Assembly (NCBI GenBank): GCA_012295275.1
Contig: CM022673.1
Location: 22,940,001-23,004,000 of the forward strand
Source of the DNA: Chrysomallon squamiferum
Lineage: Eukaryota; Animalia; Mollusca
DNA length: 64,000 nt
Direction of reading: 5' to 3'
Shown here piece after piece: positions 11,761 to 25,240 of this stretch. How positions within the stretch are numbered: the first letter of the stretch is position 1; the number at the start of each line of letters is the position of its first letter. The notes below the pieces were generated by a model that ran no database searches, was not told the origin of the DNA, and worked only from the letters and a program-made list of their open reading frames with translations. Both the position numbers and the translations under genes were made by a program.

Positions 11761-14278
11761 TTCAAGGACATTCCTTGATAAACAGCAAAATTAATTATTA
11801 AGAGTTATAGTACTAGGCTTTTAAATAAATAAATTTTTGGGGTTTCTTTTATTAATTTATTATTTATGTTATTTTATTTGATTATTGCACTTTTTTAACT
11901 AATTTGTTTTTCATTTCTTATTTACAAATGAAAAGCAGCTGAAATGAGTGTGCACCAGAAAAACCCGATCATCATTTTTGAAAATTATGTACCGTTAAGA
12001 AAAATTAATCTTCCACAGAAGATAATCGAAAGGTTGCACTAATATACACATTCTGAAAAACGAATAAAAACTCAATGTTTTGGAAACTATATGGTGTAAT
12101 GATATTTTTATTACAAACAAAGATCGTCCATGTGGTGTTGGACAAAATATTACTTTGATGATTTTGATACCTGTTATGAACCATGAATGATAGTGGTTGT
12201 TGAACCAAAAAAAAAAAAAAAAAAGAAGAAGATTCGCGAAATGGTCTTTAAAAATAAATAAATAAGGAAATTTCCATTGTTAATTATCATTATTTTTTTT
12301 TTAAAACCCAAAACATGCATACCCACAAAACACTGGTTTATACAGATTTATAATCATAGTTTTTCATTTAAAATAAAGTACTGAACGGTTTATTTGAAAT
12401 AGTATTCACCAGTTCTGTATTAATCATGTATAAATTTTTTTTTTTTTTTTTAAAGCAATGCATTTGGAAGAACAAATATAATTTAAATTTACTCTCAGTT
12501 GTTGATTTTATCAAAAGTGCTACATGTGAACTATGCAAAAGATTAATTTGTAGTATGTACATTTACAGTTAAAAAAAATAAGCAAAAAGTGATAAACATA
12601 CCATATGCTTAAAATAGCATGCTCCGTTGAGAAAATGGATCCTCTTTTGTTCAGATACCTTAATACTTTGATGTTTTCATTAATCACAAATTTGTTATCA
12701 GATTACTGTGCAATTCAAATTTACAAGTTTTACATGTTGTCACACAAGGAAAAATGATCAATCCTTTTCAACAGGTTATTTCCCAGTTCTGCCTATGCCT
12801 CACATTTGGTTTATTACAGTATATGCAATCACACATACGGAAAGGTGCATGTAAAATAAAATAAACAATAACCCTTTGTAATACATTAATAGGCTTCTTC
12901 TTGTAATCTGTATTGTGCTAAACCATGTATACATTGCAATATAACTTTGGATTATAAATGGTTCAGTACATCATTAAATGAACATTTTATTCTTCCCTTT
13001 TTATCTCATAATTTCAGCTACCAATAATTCTTTATTAATAGCTCTCTGAGAGAATAATCAGTTTAAGTAACTTTAGACAGCCAAATATCGTTTTACTTAG
13101 GTGAGCTGAGTTGTGACCCTTTTTGAGGCTGTATGTCAAACTGAAGATGTTCTCCAGTGTGGCAGTTGGAATTTTATTAATGATGTTTAAAATTAATAAA
13201 TAAATAAATACAGGGTGAATATAAAGTTTCCCTAATCTTAAATATATTTTTTTACATAGAAATTGGTGCAAATTTGACTTTTTGCAGTTTTAACATCACT
13301 AATTAATTTATATATTTTTTAACTTTATTTGTGAATTTTAACGTTCCCTGAGAACATCTAAATAATCCTCAATTTTATGTCTACTTATTCTTATCCAATA
13401 TCTTTTCAGTCACCATTTAAATTAAGCATCTTATCCCTGACCTCAAAGTTTTACATAGATGGGTAAACGGACTAAGTATTCAAAGCACACATTGAAGCAC
13501 AATTAGTGAAAAAACAACAAAAAAGTTAAAAAAACCTTTTTGTGTTCAGGAAAAATGTATAAATAACCACCAAAAAATACAATATATTTCTACCTACCAT
13601 AGATTTTGTATAATAAATATTTGAAATTGGAGATTGACTATGCTTCTTTGTAATGAGCTCAGTCATAGGCATTTTATCAGGATTCACTTATCTCACATTT
13701 ACTGTTTCTCATTCATTTTTGTATTGTACACATTTGTGTGTAAGATGAGATTGCTTTCAGTGAGATTCGTACAAATATATTTATTTTCATTATTTCTGGT
13801 ACATGAATATGAACACAAGTTTTGTGTTGTTTTTCATATTACGTGCAAACACTTCTCATAGATAGCTAAATTTAGTTTGAAGAAATGTATATGTTTAGAT
13901 CCTTAAGTTTAGAAAATCTTTATTAAACATTATTATTCAGTTATAAGTCTTTTATTCTTCTACTTTGCTATTTCTCTGGTTCTTATAACCTGTGAAAAAC
14001 AAATTCAAGGCAAAATTGAAATAGACAATATTTTTGTCCAATTCGGTCAGGAATGAATGATATTTTGAGACTGGATTATTTTGTTGTTTTATTTTGTAAG
14101 AACTTTAACTTTTATTTCACTTTACTTATAATTAATAAATATTAGTTTTGTTTTATTTTTCTCCCATTGAAATTTAAGTACATTACAGGATATCCAATGA
14201 CTGGATTCAAGGAGTAAGAACCAGATTACACAAGTTACTGTTTGTTATTTAAGTAATTTTCTAAAATGTTACGCACTT

Positions 14279-17123
14279 TCACTGAAGAAGCTTCTTTTTA
14301 AGAATCTCGTAGACCATTCGTCTTCTAAAATATGGCATGTGTTGCTGAAAGCAAATAATAAAAACAATATTTAAATCTGCAAGTCTGAAATTGGTAACTG
14401 ATAGGATAATTAATATTCTTAAGAACTTATTTGCTAAATCCTATCTATTTCAATTATATCATACTATCTAGTCAGTGACCTTTGTGGTAGCAATACAATA
14501 ATGATAAAAACTTTTTTTAAACTTTTTTTATATATTACATCAGAAAAGATGAAAGTTTATTTTTAAAATTTTAAATATCTTAGAAATATTTTTTGCTGGT
14601 GAAGTTTTAAGACAAAAATAATCCAAAGTGTCTAATTATAACAGCAGCTTTAGTTTTTAAAATAGATTTTAATCATTATGTTTAATTACAAAAAATAAAT
14701 CAGTAAAGATAATTATAAGGAAACACCTAATATTTTACAAACTGTCCCTTGCCTATTTTAATTACCTGGGTGAAATTAATCTGAGCTTCTCTTGTAATAT
14801 ACTCTGCAAATTTACATGCAAACATGCCACAGTCAGAACCATTCAGTTGCTGAGGTATATCCTACAAAAAGAACACGAAAATTGGAGAAAATCATTAGCA
14901 GACATATTTTAGTTTGCAGTGAAGACCCAAAATGCAAACCCCATTAATTGAAAATTACAGATTAATACTGCCAATTGACAATAAATTGAGATTTTATGAG
15001 CACATTTCTTTAATATTACATTACCCTTGAATCTATTGTAAAAGGGACAAAAGTATCCTGAATAAAAGTTAAACTACAGTTATGCTAAAGTACTGAAAAT
15101 TCAAAATGTTTATTGAATACAGGATTATTAAAAATACCAGTATGAACTTACTTTGACCATTTCCAACCGCCATCCATTTGTATCAAATGATTGCTTTCTT
15201 TTGTCCAAGCTTTCATCACATAGGTATTTTCTGCAATTTCAAATTTGTTTTATTATTATTACAACAGTAATAATAATAACAATAGTAAGTGTAGTAAAGG
15301 AGAGGAGCAAAGGGAGAAGGAGAGAATGTGAGACAGCGAGGTCTGACTGAAGTTGGATATTAAATAAAAACAAAATTTTCCTTATTTATTTAATTTAAAT
15401 GAGTAAATAATAATTAGAGCCAACTTACTTTAATGCATTCAAACAAGACATATTTGCACCACCCATAGAATCATAATACTGAATTCTTTTTCGCTTAAAG
15501 TCAATAACCTGGAAAAAATAAACAGAAAATATACAATGACAAACTGCACATTAATTAAAATGTAATAATAACATTATGACTTTACATTCTGTAGAGAAAA
15601 CACCCCCAAAAAAGGGAATATTTCAGACTACTTAAGATTTGTCTTTTGATTTAATATTATTCAATTCTGCCTTATAATTCACTGTCCTTAATATTAACAT
15701 GCGTTAGCATTTAGTAAACAATATGATCATTGTTCAAAATGAATGATAACTGAATAATAATTTTATTTTTTATTCAAATGGTTAGGTGGGTTGTAATAAA
15801 TATGAAAAAATGTGGCAATATTACACTGACCATTTTATGTCATTAAATACTAGCAGCTTCATTACAAACTGAGAATGAAATATTTTAATGCTAAACAAAA
15901 TATACTCTGTGCCAGCAAGTTGTATTATTTAATACTTGTTGAAAATTATCTTTTGAGTGAATGCAATTTCAAAATTAATGAACCTAACTATATCAAACAT
16001 TGAACAAAGTGTGTTAGTCATATAACATTATTATTTGAAAATGTAATAAATTGTTTAATTTTTTAAAATAATTACTTTAAATCCAGTAAAATTAAAAAAA
16101 ACCAAGAAACTTACTGCTAGACACCAATGCATTCCTAAATGAATAGGGATGACAATGTAATCATAACTGAAAATGTCAATCTTTCGTGTCCAGCGTTTGA
16201 CTGATGCGTGACCTCCAGACATGACTTTTGGATAAAAGAAAGTGTTGAAAGCATAAACCTTGGGTTTGCCTTTTCCTTCAGATCTTGACATGAGCAAATT
16301 CATGTAGAAATTAATTATCTGAAGAATAAATAATAATATTAATTAACTTAGGGTTTAAGCACAATCATGTCAAAATGTATTGCCTCAATGGCAAAAATAG
16401 ACAGTAAATTTTTTTATTCATGAAGAAGGGCTGTAAATAAAATGTTTACCTATTTTGCCTAAAATAACAGAAGACAACAATTAAACCAACTTAAAAAGAT
16501 AATAACAGCAATAAAATATAATCTTAATACAACAAAAGTCAAATGTATAAATATAAAATTTCTTTATAAAATTTGCATGCAAATGTTATGTTTTGATGTC
16601 ATGCCATTTTGGAAAGACATCAACATCAAACACTATGCATCCTCACACAGTGTTTCTTTTTCTATCCCATTTTGTAACTTTATTATTAGCAAACATTAGC
16701 AGTTAACAATCAAAATAATATCTTTTAAGTAAACAAAAATGTATTAGCTTATTTATAAATGTAAACTTGGTCAATGACTTGAGAATTTCACCTCATCATT
16801 CAACCAATTGAGTCCATTTAACGTGACCATATCTTTACGAGAGATCTGAAGTCGGAATCCATCAGAAAGAATCTCATTTGCCGGGTCTGGATAGAGAGCA
16901 TTATCAATTTCTTCTTCCATTTCAGGAGAGAGTTCTGAAAATAATTTCATTAAATATAATTGCAGTATGTTTCTTTTATTTTTCAAAATTATTGTTTCAA
17001 ACACACATTTTTTTTTCTTATTACTTGTTATAAAAGGAAAAAATTTAACATTTTACTCACAGAACTAAAAAATCTATGTTTCTCTGTCTGTGTGAGTATG
17101 TGTGTGTGTGCATACGTGGGTGG

Positions 17124-17193
<70 letters not shown>

Positions 17194-20100
17194 ACTTGAA
17201 CATATCAACTACAATTAACAAATTTATATTTACAAACATACAAATTTAAAATCTGTGAAAATGAAAATATAGAAAATCTAACCTGGAAACTCTTCCTCAT
17301 CTTCAATTTCTACTCTCTCTGGCTCAGGTAAAATAGGTGGTTGCTTTTCCAAAATTTTCATTCTATGACGAATCTTTGTAAAACACAATACTACTTTTAA
17401 AACATTTATTGTTTTGCAGATTGCAAAAAAACAACAACAATTGCTTATTTATTAAGTTACTTTCAAGCACAAAAGAATTGCAAAATTTATATTTTATTCA
17501 TAATTGTACACTTTGTGTTTGTTTAATATACATTATTTAAATTATATAATTATAACAATATGCAGTATATCGTAATAAAACCCAGGATATCCCAATTTTC
17601 ACAAATATGCCTGCTTTCAATGAAAGAAAGGACAGTATTTAATTCAGTTTAGAGAACAGAATTTACCTTTCTTTCCAAGTCATATTCTTTAGCATTTCTC
17701 TGGAAAAGGGAAAAGAAAAAGGTTAAAACAGAAAAGTTTGAAATACCACTGACAGTAAATGCACATTACAATTCAGATGTAACATTATTGTATTGAAGTC
17801 AGGAACAAGATGTTTCAAATCTAATAAATGTTCTTTAATTCTTAAATTAAATTAGAACTGAATAATCCTTTATTTAATTTACCATTATATATTCTAATAC
17901 TTGAACAATTACATCAATTAAAAACATTTAAATTCCTGATAACAAATACTGTGATTGCTTCATTAATAAGTATAACTGATCTTAGATTACAAAACCAAAA
18001 CATCTTTTTAATTCATTGAAAAACAAAAGATATGTATCACTATCAGAATTTATGAAAATGATTATGAAACATAACTCCTTAAATTTAATGACAGAAATAA
18101 GATTGTTTATTAATTATTTTGCTATAATGTGCCACAATCCCATTTTCTGTGTTTGCCATTTTTTTATTTATGGCTATTACATAGCTTTTCAGAAAAAAAC
18201 CTGCTGTTTATACTGTTGTTTAAGAACAGACTTATGTGAACATTTGATTTATGAAATAAACAATTTCAAATTTGTCTAAAATATTAGTGATTCATATTTA
18301 TGGAACTAAACCTCTAACAAAGATTAATTAGTAAAATGTCTCCTAATTTAAAATTAAACTCTTAAAAGAATTCACCTTCTCTTCCAGGACTTCTGCTGTA
18401 ATTTCAGCCTCCTCAATTTTTCGAATGGCCTCTCTCGATTCAGATGAGAAACGACTTTTGCTACAACATAAATCAAATCAGAAAATGTACTTTTTAAAAT
18501 TATCTTTTGAAAAAAGTTATTGCAAAGATAGGATTCATCATAAATTTTGAACTGGAGTTCTAACTAATGACAATTACAAATTTATATCAAAATCCAGATT
18601 TTTTTTTTCATGAAGACCTTCAAGTACTCCCATAAAAATTTGATGTTATACCAAAAAACATAAGATACTTACAGTTTGTCAACCCATTCATCTTCAAGAT
18701 AAGCAGATGTCTGGAAATCTAATGTGAGGCTTTGACTGAAATATGTTACAAATAAACTATATAAATAATTATATAATAAAATCTCAATTTTCAAATTTAA
18801 AGAAAAGATAATAACAAAAAAAATAATATAATGTTTGTCTAATAAAGTCTGACCATTTCTAAAATATATTTTAGGGTGAAATAAAATTTTCTGAACACAA
18901 TTTTGACATTCACAAAGAAACTGAAGATCACAGAAAAAAATGTGTAATTGTTGACAAGTTCACAGAAAACAAAATCTAACAAGAATAAGCAACAACTTAC
19001 ATTGGTGATAAGCACTTTCCATCAGTTTTCAGTCTTTTATCTGAAATTAAAATAAGAGTATTTATTATCCATCAGACATGATTTAACTTCTATTAAAATA
19101 AAATACCTTTAATAACATTTTAAATTCACTATATTCTATGACAGTTACCTTAAAGAAATGAAACACTGACATCAGCTAATGACAATGCTTACACAGTGAA
19201 GATGATCCTAAATTAGGCATCAATATATCAACAGATTGACAAAAATAGAAAACATTTTTCAAACCTTGGTCCTCTGTTGGTCGTGCAGGCTGTGTGGACA
19301 CAGAATGGTATGACAGATCTGAAGTCTTTTTAATTTCCACTGGAGATTTTATTCTGTGTTGAAAATGTTTTGAAATTATGACTCTCTGTGGCTCTCTTAA
19401 CTTGGATCTACTGACATTTATTTCATTTTTGTTGTCATTAAGGAAACTATTTCTGATCAGTGAACAATCAGAGCTGTAAGAGAAATAAGATATTTAAATA
19501 GTTTAAAGTTGCTTTGTGCACAAATACAATAATATGTCAAAATGTTTGACTATATTTTAACTTGTACTAAGATTTTTCATCTTTAATATCAACAGATTTA
19601 TAGTTAAAAAAATATAAAAAATATGAAATATTTTTTAATTATTTGTAACAGATGTAACCAATGTTATCTAGTGTTGACCAAAGATGTTAAATTCTTTAAA
19701 ATGTGTTTTATAAAATAAAACAATTAAAATTTTGTTTGCATTTATCTGATAAAAAGAAATAATGCAAGAAAAACATGCAGTGTTAAGAACAAAAGTAACA
19801 TACCCATTTGAAATAGTTGATTTATTTTGTAGCACATTTAATTTGGGTCTGTCATTTGAAGCACTAATCTCTGTTTTATGCTTTGATGTTTGTGGGATAT
19901 GAATAGATGTATAATGTTGTAATAACTGACGATATCGTTCTCGTTCATCCAGGCGAACACACTGAAATATAGTAGGAACGATTAGAACAAAGTTTAAAAA
20001 CATGTTACTGACACAGATTACATTAAATATTAATTATGACTATTTTAAGATTTAGCTATTTAACTATGTATATCAAAAGTATAAAAATTAATGTGCATCA

Positions 20101-22512
20101 TATATAAAAAAATATAATAAATCTTTTGCTGTAAAGCTCTATGAATAAGAAATAGTTAAAAAAAAAAACATCTCAATGGTTAAGAAGTAAACAAAATTGA
20201 CATTTCAGATACCTCAAAAGCTGTAAACTTTCCCAATTGAGATTTGTGTGCAGCTGCAGCTGCAGATAAAGTATCAGTCTGGACCGCTCGGCTGGTAAAG
20301 CATTCAGCACCATTTGCAGTTGTGTGTTCACTGTCTTGATGATATCGTGTAACTGTAACATTATGTGGGGTTTCAACTGTAATAAAAATAAATGTAAATT
20401 AAAAACAAAGGTTGTATTTAAGAAATCCGTGAGAAAGGTCACTGTTAGTGTTTAACATTTGTTTAGGCTGTATTACTGCTTTTGTTTAACGGCTGGATTT
20501 AGTTATTGTTGTTTTGCTTGCTCTAAGAAAATTATTACTGAGTTAGAGAAAGGTTTTAGTTTTCAGTTTTCTTTTAAATAATATATATATATATACACAA
20601 CTAGTAAAATGAACTTTAAGAAATATCTCATTCTGAAACACTGTAGATAAATACTGTTTTATATAGGCAACTTACATGAGGAACATCCTTTAGCATGCAG
20701 GGCTCTTCTTCGAAGTCTCTGAAATGCACAACACTATGTCAATAAAAATGAACAAAACTAAATTTTAAATAATTATTTAATTTTTATTGTCTGTAAAATA
20801 ATCAAATTTATAAAATATGCTGTAAAAATTTATCTCTTAGTATTACTTTATTGAAATAATTGTGATTTTTTTCCCATCATTTGTCAAGTTTTCTATTAAC
20901 TAAACAAAATAAAACATTTAAATGGTCATTTATATTATTTCTGTCCAGTTAAATAAGTAAATTGGCAGTAAATGCAAATTTGTGAAGACACTGTTTATAG
21001 CATGCTATTTGTCAGCTTAGTGTGACCCGCTGAGAGATATCTTGCCTGCAGTAAATACATAAGAAAAATATATACCTCTGAAGTTAAACACTCCCCATTA
21101 GAAGTGGGAACCTGAATAACAGGTACTGGCCTCACTGATGAACTGTGATTCTTCCACTGTCTGCTTTCAGGAATTTCCTCTACACTGTTCTGGTCAGTGA
21201 AGAATACTTTTTTCTTCTGTACCCATTCAGCCATCCTGCTGATGGGTATGGTTAAGAAACTTAACACTATATTATAATTAAAAAATAATAATAATAATAA
21301 AAAGTAATTAAATTATACTTAACTTAAGGTGGGAAATATGTTTAGAGTTATGCAGTGCATCACAATAAAATGACAATTCAAATAACATTATTGATCTCAA
21401 GTAACATTTACTTTAGAAATTGAAAAATATAACAATGGGAATAGAATTACTACCAAATATTTCTTATACAATTTCTCAATCATGAGAGCATTTACCAAAG
21501 CCACTGATAATACATAAATCATAGAGTCATAGTTAATTACATACAGTTTTAATAGGAATTAAGAGAAGAAAAAAAAAGTTGAATTATCCTTACATGAATT
21601 ACTTGTCTCTCGTTTTGGTTGTTTAATTTGAATAATCTGTACATCTGGATCATTAGAGTCCCTACAAAATGTGAAAATGTAAATGTAAATGCATCACCTG
21701 ATTATGTAGTTAATTATGCAACACATTGCTGAACGTCAATCATTTTCACAAAATCAAGGTAAAAAAGGGAGACATTTCAAGCCAGTTTAAAGATCTACAT
21801 CTATACAAACATTTTATGTGACCGTCTAACCACTGAAGTTCAAGTTCTCTAATTTTTATCACCAATAAAATGTATTTATATTTTTTTAAAAGACCCCATC
21901 TGTGTATCACTGTATGATCTAATATTCAGTTTGAGGCCTGCACAGAAAATGAACATCTCTCTGGTATCAGTAGCAACATTTCAGAGGGGTGAGTACTTAT
22001 CAGAAACTCAGTTCATGATTAAAATACTACTGCTTCTTTGCTGAGTAGCAAGCTGAGGTCACATTCTATGATTCTTGTAAAAACAAATTGTCAGTTAAAT
22101 TATAAGAACTAAAACTGTTCTCGACTTCTGTAGTCAACATTGTAGCATTTAATTATTTAACTTTAACCTAATAATGTAAATGTTTTATATCGTATATATT
22201 AATTATTATGTGTTATTATTAATAATTATATATGTTTTGTCCATGAATACCCTATTCTACAAAGTAGTTAACTGGGCAAAGTATTTAATTAATCTGAACA
22301 TTTTAATTTTTTTATTTTTAAAAGAATAATCTAAAACAATCATTCTACAATGCAACAAATGCCATTACGTCACAACAATGCAAATTTTAAAAATATATTA
22401 CGTACGTTTCTGTCTCCTCGAGCTTTCGCTTTCTGTTATGTCTATATAAATACTTATCACTGTCTGACTCAGAAATATACGCTCGAAGTTTCTCAGTTAT
22501 GGATGATAACAT
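14279..22512 (-). CDS. SENP1: Sentrin/SUMO-specific protease, SENP1/SENP2 family (Ulp1/C48), 18 coding exons, 639 aa
   Basis: Exons 22512-22406, 21661-21594, 21266-21076, 20718-20676, 20376-20213, 19961-19804, 19473-19265, 19040-19001, 18735-18673, 18460-18376, 17699-17667, 17373-17283, 16934-16792, 16318-16115, 15508-15429, 15230-15152, 14861-14766, 14344-14279 all join in phase (1920 nt). Motifs: [27 protein letters not shown] (His), YYDSMG (Asp), [12 protein letters not shown] (Cys), [16 protein letters not shown]-terminal RKRK NLS. Confidence 0.93.
17126..17192. repeat. (GT)n microsatellite in a SENP intron
   Basis: Direct reading. Confidence 0.95.
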
Positions 22513-23115
22513 TGGTATTAATATCTATATCAACAATATAAATTTGTTTTCTCTACCGCTGAGAAAAAACGGAAGCTAATACTTTGATCTTTTTTTATAA
22601 AAGAGTTCGCATCATTAGCATGCTTTTTGTTAAAATTGTTTCCCTTTAAAATATTAATTTTTTTCACATTACTTGCAGTGGAACTTGAACAAAGATAAAT
22701 TAATGCCTACTTTTAAAGTATATTTACTGCGTAAATGTTGTCCTAATTCCAGATATAATTTTGTAGAATTCTTTTTGTTTTGTTTCATTTTATTTTTTTA
22801 TTTTTTTTATTTTTATTTTTTTTTTTTGAATGCAAGCTTAGTGAAACATTTGTTTCAAATAGTTCTATCTTTCATTTCAGTTATTTGATTCAAATTCACA
22901 TGCACCATTACAGCATTAGGAACAAATCCATTGTTATTATTTTTATTTTTCAGTTGCTAGAATGAGATTTTATTCATTGATCTACATTAATAATTCAAAA
23001 AAAAAAAAAAATCTTTCAAATAATGATTATATCCGCAGTTTATTTTTGAAAAAAAAAAAAACATCACACGCTAAAAATAAAATGACATTTTGTGTATTTA
23101 GTAATATATTTTTGC

Positions 23116-23170
23116 AGACATAACAAAGTGAAAGCTCGAGGCAACAGAAACGTATATAATTCTTTTAAAT
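23116..23170 (+). repeat. Inverted, diverged copy of the 3' end of SENP coding exon 1 and its splice donor
   Basis: Plus-strand agacataacaaagtgaaagctcgaggcaacagaaacgta versus the minus strand of 22443-22403, agacataacagaaagcgaaagctcgaggagacagaaacgta. Confidence 0.8.
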
Positions 23171-23200
23171 GTAATGTAAATGTGTGTCCATCATTAGTTG

Positions 23201-23202
<2 letters not shown>

Positions 23203-23231
<29 letters not shown>
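23203..23231. repeat. (GT)n microsatellite
   Basis: Direct reading. Confidence 0.9.
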
Positions 23232-23232
<1 letters not shown>

Positions 23233-25240
23233 ACGTGTATGTATATGTATATACATGACAAATTTGTATTATTTCACTCAAAACTGATTGATATTTAAAC
23301 TAAATTGGTAATAACAGACTGAAATAATTTATTATTGCCTCGAAATTCACAACTATTTTAAGGAAAATGCAAGTAATATATTACAGAAAAAATCACTAAT
23401 CTAGATATATTTGAAATGGATTACATCCAGCTTCTTTAACTTGCTGCCCTCTTCATTCCCTATTTTTATTTTAAACAACCCTTTTGCCTTTCCAGCTATT
23501 CCATATAATTGGTTAAGGATTCTGATTTACACCATATATTAAGACCACCCTCCCCCCCAAAAAAAAAAAGAAAGAAAAAGGAAAACTGCAAATTAATATT
23601 ATTACCCCATAGAAATCTCTCCATGGAATGATACCAACCTCTTTGTGAACATAAATAATCAAAAGTTGAGTTACATAGGGAACATGAATAACTTTTAACA
23701 AATTAAGTTGATTTCAGTTTTTAAAATAAATCAAAAAAATATGGATGCATAACCTCTGTTTAATGAGTCTGTAATAGACTTTCAATACGAATCCCTATTT
23801 TAAAGCGGAATAAAATTGAAGCATTTCATTAGCCATTTGTAATTACTAACACAGATAACAGGAATTACTATAAAAGGTTTTAACTGTAAACTGTCTTTAC
23901 AATATTTGTGCAGTTAGTTCAAAACTACCTGTTGTTTTTGTAAGAATTTTTCAGTGTTGAATATTCCTTTGTTATCAAACAATATACATGACTTCTCTAT
24001 ACAAATGTGATTGCACTGTTTTCAACCCTACCAAAGTGAGAAGTTACTGATTACATATTGTTATTTAAGCCTGTCTACAAGTGAAATACTGGCCAATTAA
24101 TAATTCTCTATCAGATTTATAGCATCAGTTCTCACCCATGTGATCTAATTTCATATCAAAATATTTCATGCTGATATAAAGCTGGACTAGGTTCTTGCTC
24201 CTTTATCTGATTTTTAATGTTCTGTTCACCAATTAGAATCAAGTACTCTAAAGAAGTTCACATTAACATTTTTAACAAAACTTACACTTTAAAGAATGTA
24301 AACAGTTTATGTTTTGGGAATATCTGAATAATTTGGGTTTTGGAGGTACACTGCACATCAGTCATAAAAACAGCTTACATCACATGTAGATGTACTCTCA
24401 TTACTTTATTCTTATTCTTGTACCTCTGAGTAGGTGCATTGTGCAAGTGTTCATTCATATCCGAGATGATTTCTGCATATCCTTTTTTGCCAAGGACGTT
24501 TTTTTGTTGAACTTTTGTAAAAGAAATATATATTTTTTTCCTACCATAAACACCAATTTGTTATGAAAAATTTACATTATTATAAAAAAAAAAAAAATGT
24601 TTGATTGACAATTCCAGATAGTTCCCTCTGGAAAAACACTTATTTTATCAGACTATGGTATGGACCTTCATGTCAAAAACAAAAATCTCTTATCACCAGT
24701 TGTTCAGAAGGTTGCCTTTATTTTTAAAAAAAATAGAAAAAAGCCAGTATCTTTCATTATAATATTGGTGCATTAATGCATTAACCAATCTTATTTTTTG
24801 TTGGTGCATAAATTCTGTTGTTGGTTCTTTTTCATTTTTTAAAATAAATTTTCTTTTAGAAATAATTATATTGAATTACATATTTACTACCATCAGTAAC
24901 ATTCCAGCACTTTTGTAAGATGTTTCAGGTAAAATTAAACTATTAATAACAAAAAAGAATGCAACGCTCGGCACAAAACATACTTCATTTATTTGACATT
25001 AATATAAATATTTACATGAAAAGAAAGCATGATTATAAATTCTGAAGCAGACTTTTTGAACATTTAGAAAAAAATAAAGAATTATCACAGCTTTAGATTT
25101 GGCAAATTTGTCTGATTTGCATTTTTGTTATCTCAATTCCAGTGTTTTATTTTATATGGATATATAAAAACAGTCCAATGTCACACATCATTCTTCCCGC
25201 ACCAGATCTACGTCTAAAAACACTGATGTTCTGTCTTGTA

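Noticed and set aside
13209-13270. TA-CAGGGTG start resembling a Tc1/mariner TIR
   Set aside because: I found no matching opposite end nearby.
20173-20442. 89-aa ORF overlapping SENP exon 5
   Set aside because: Splice phases require a different frame ([11 protein letters not shown]...).
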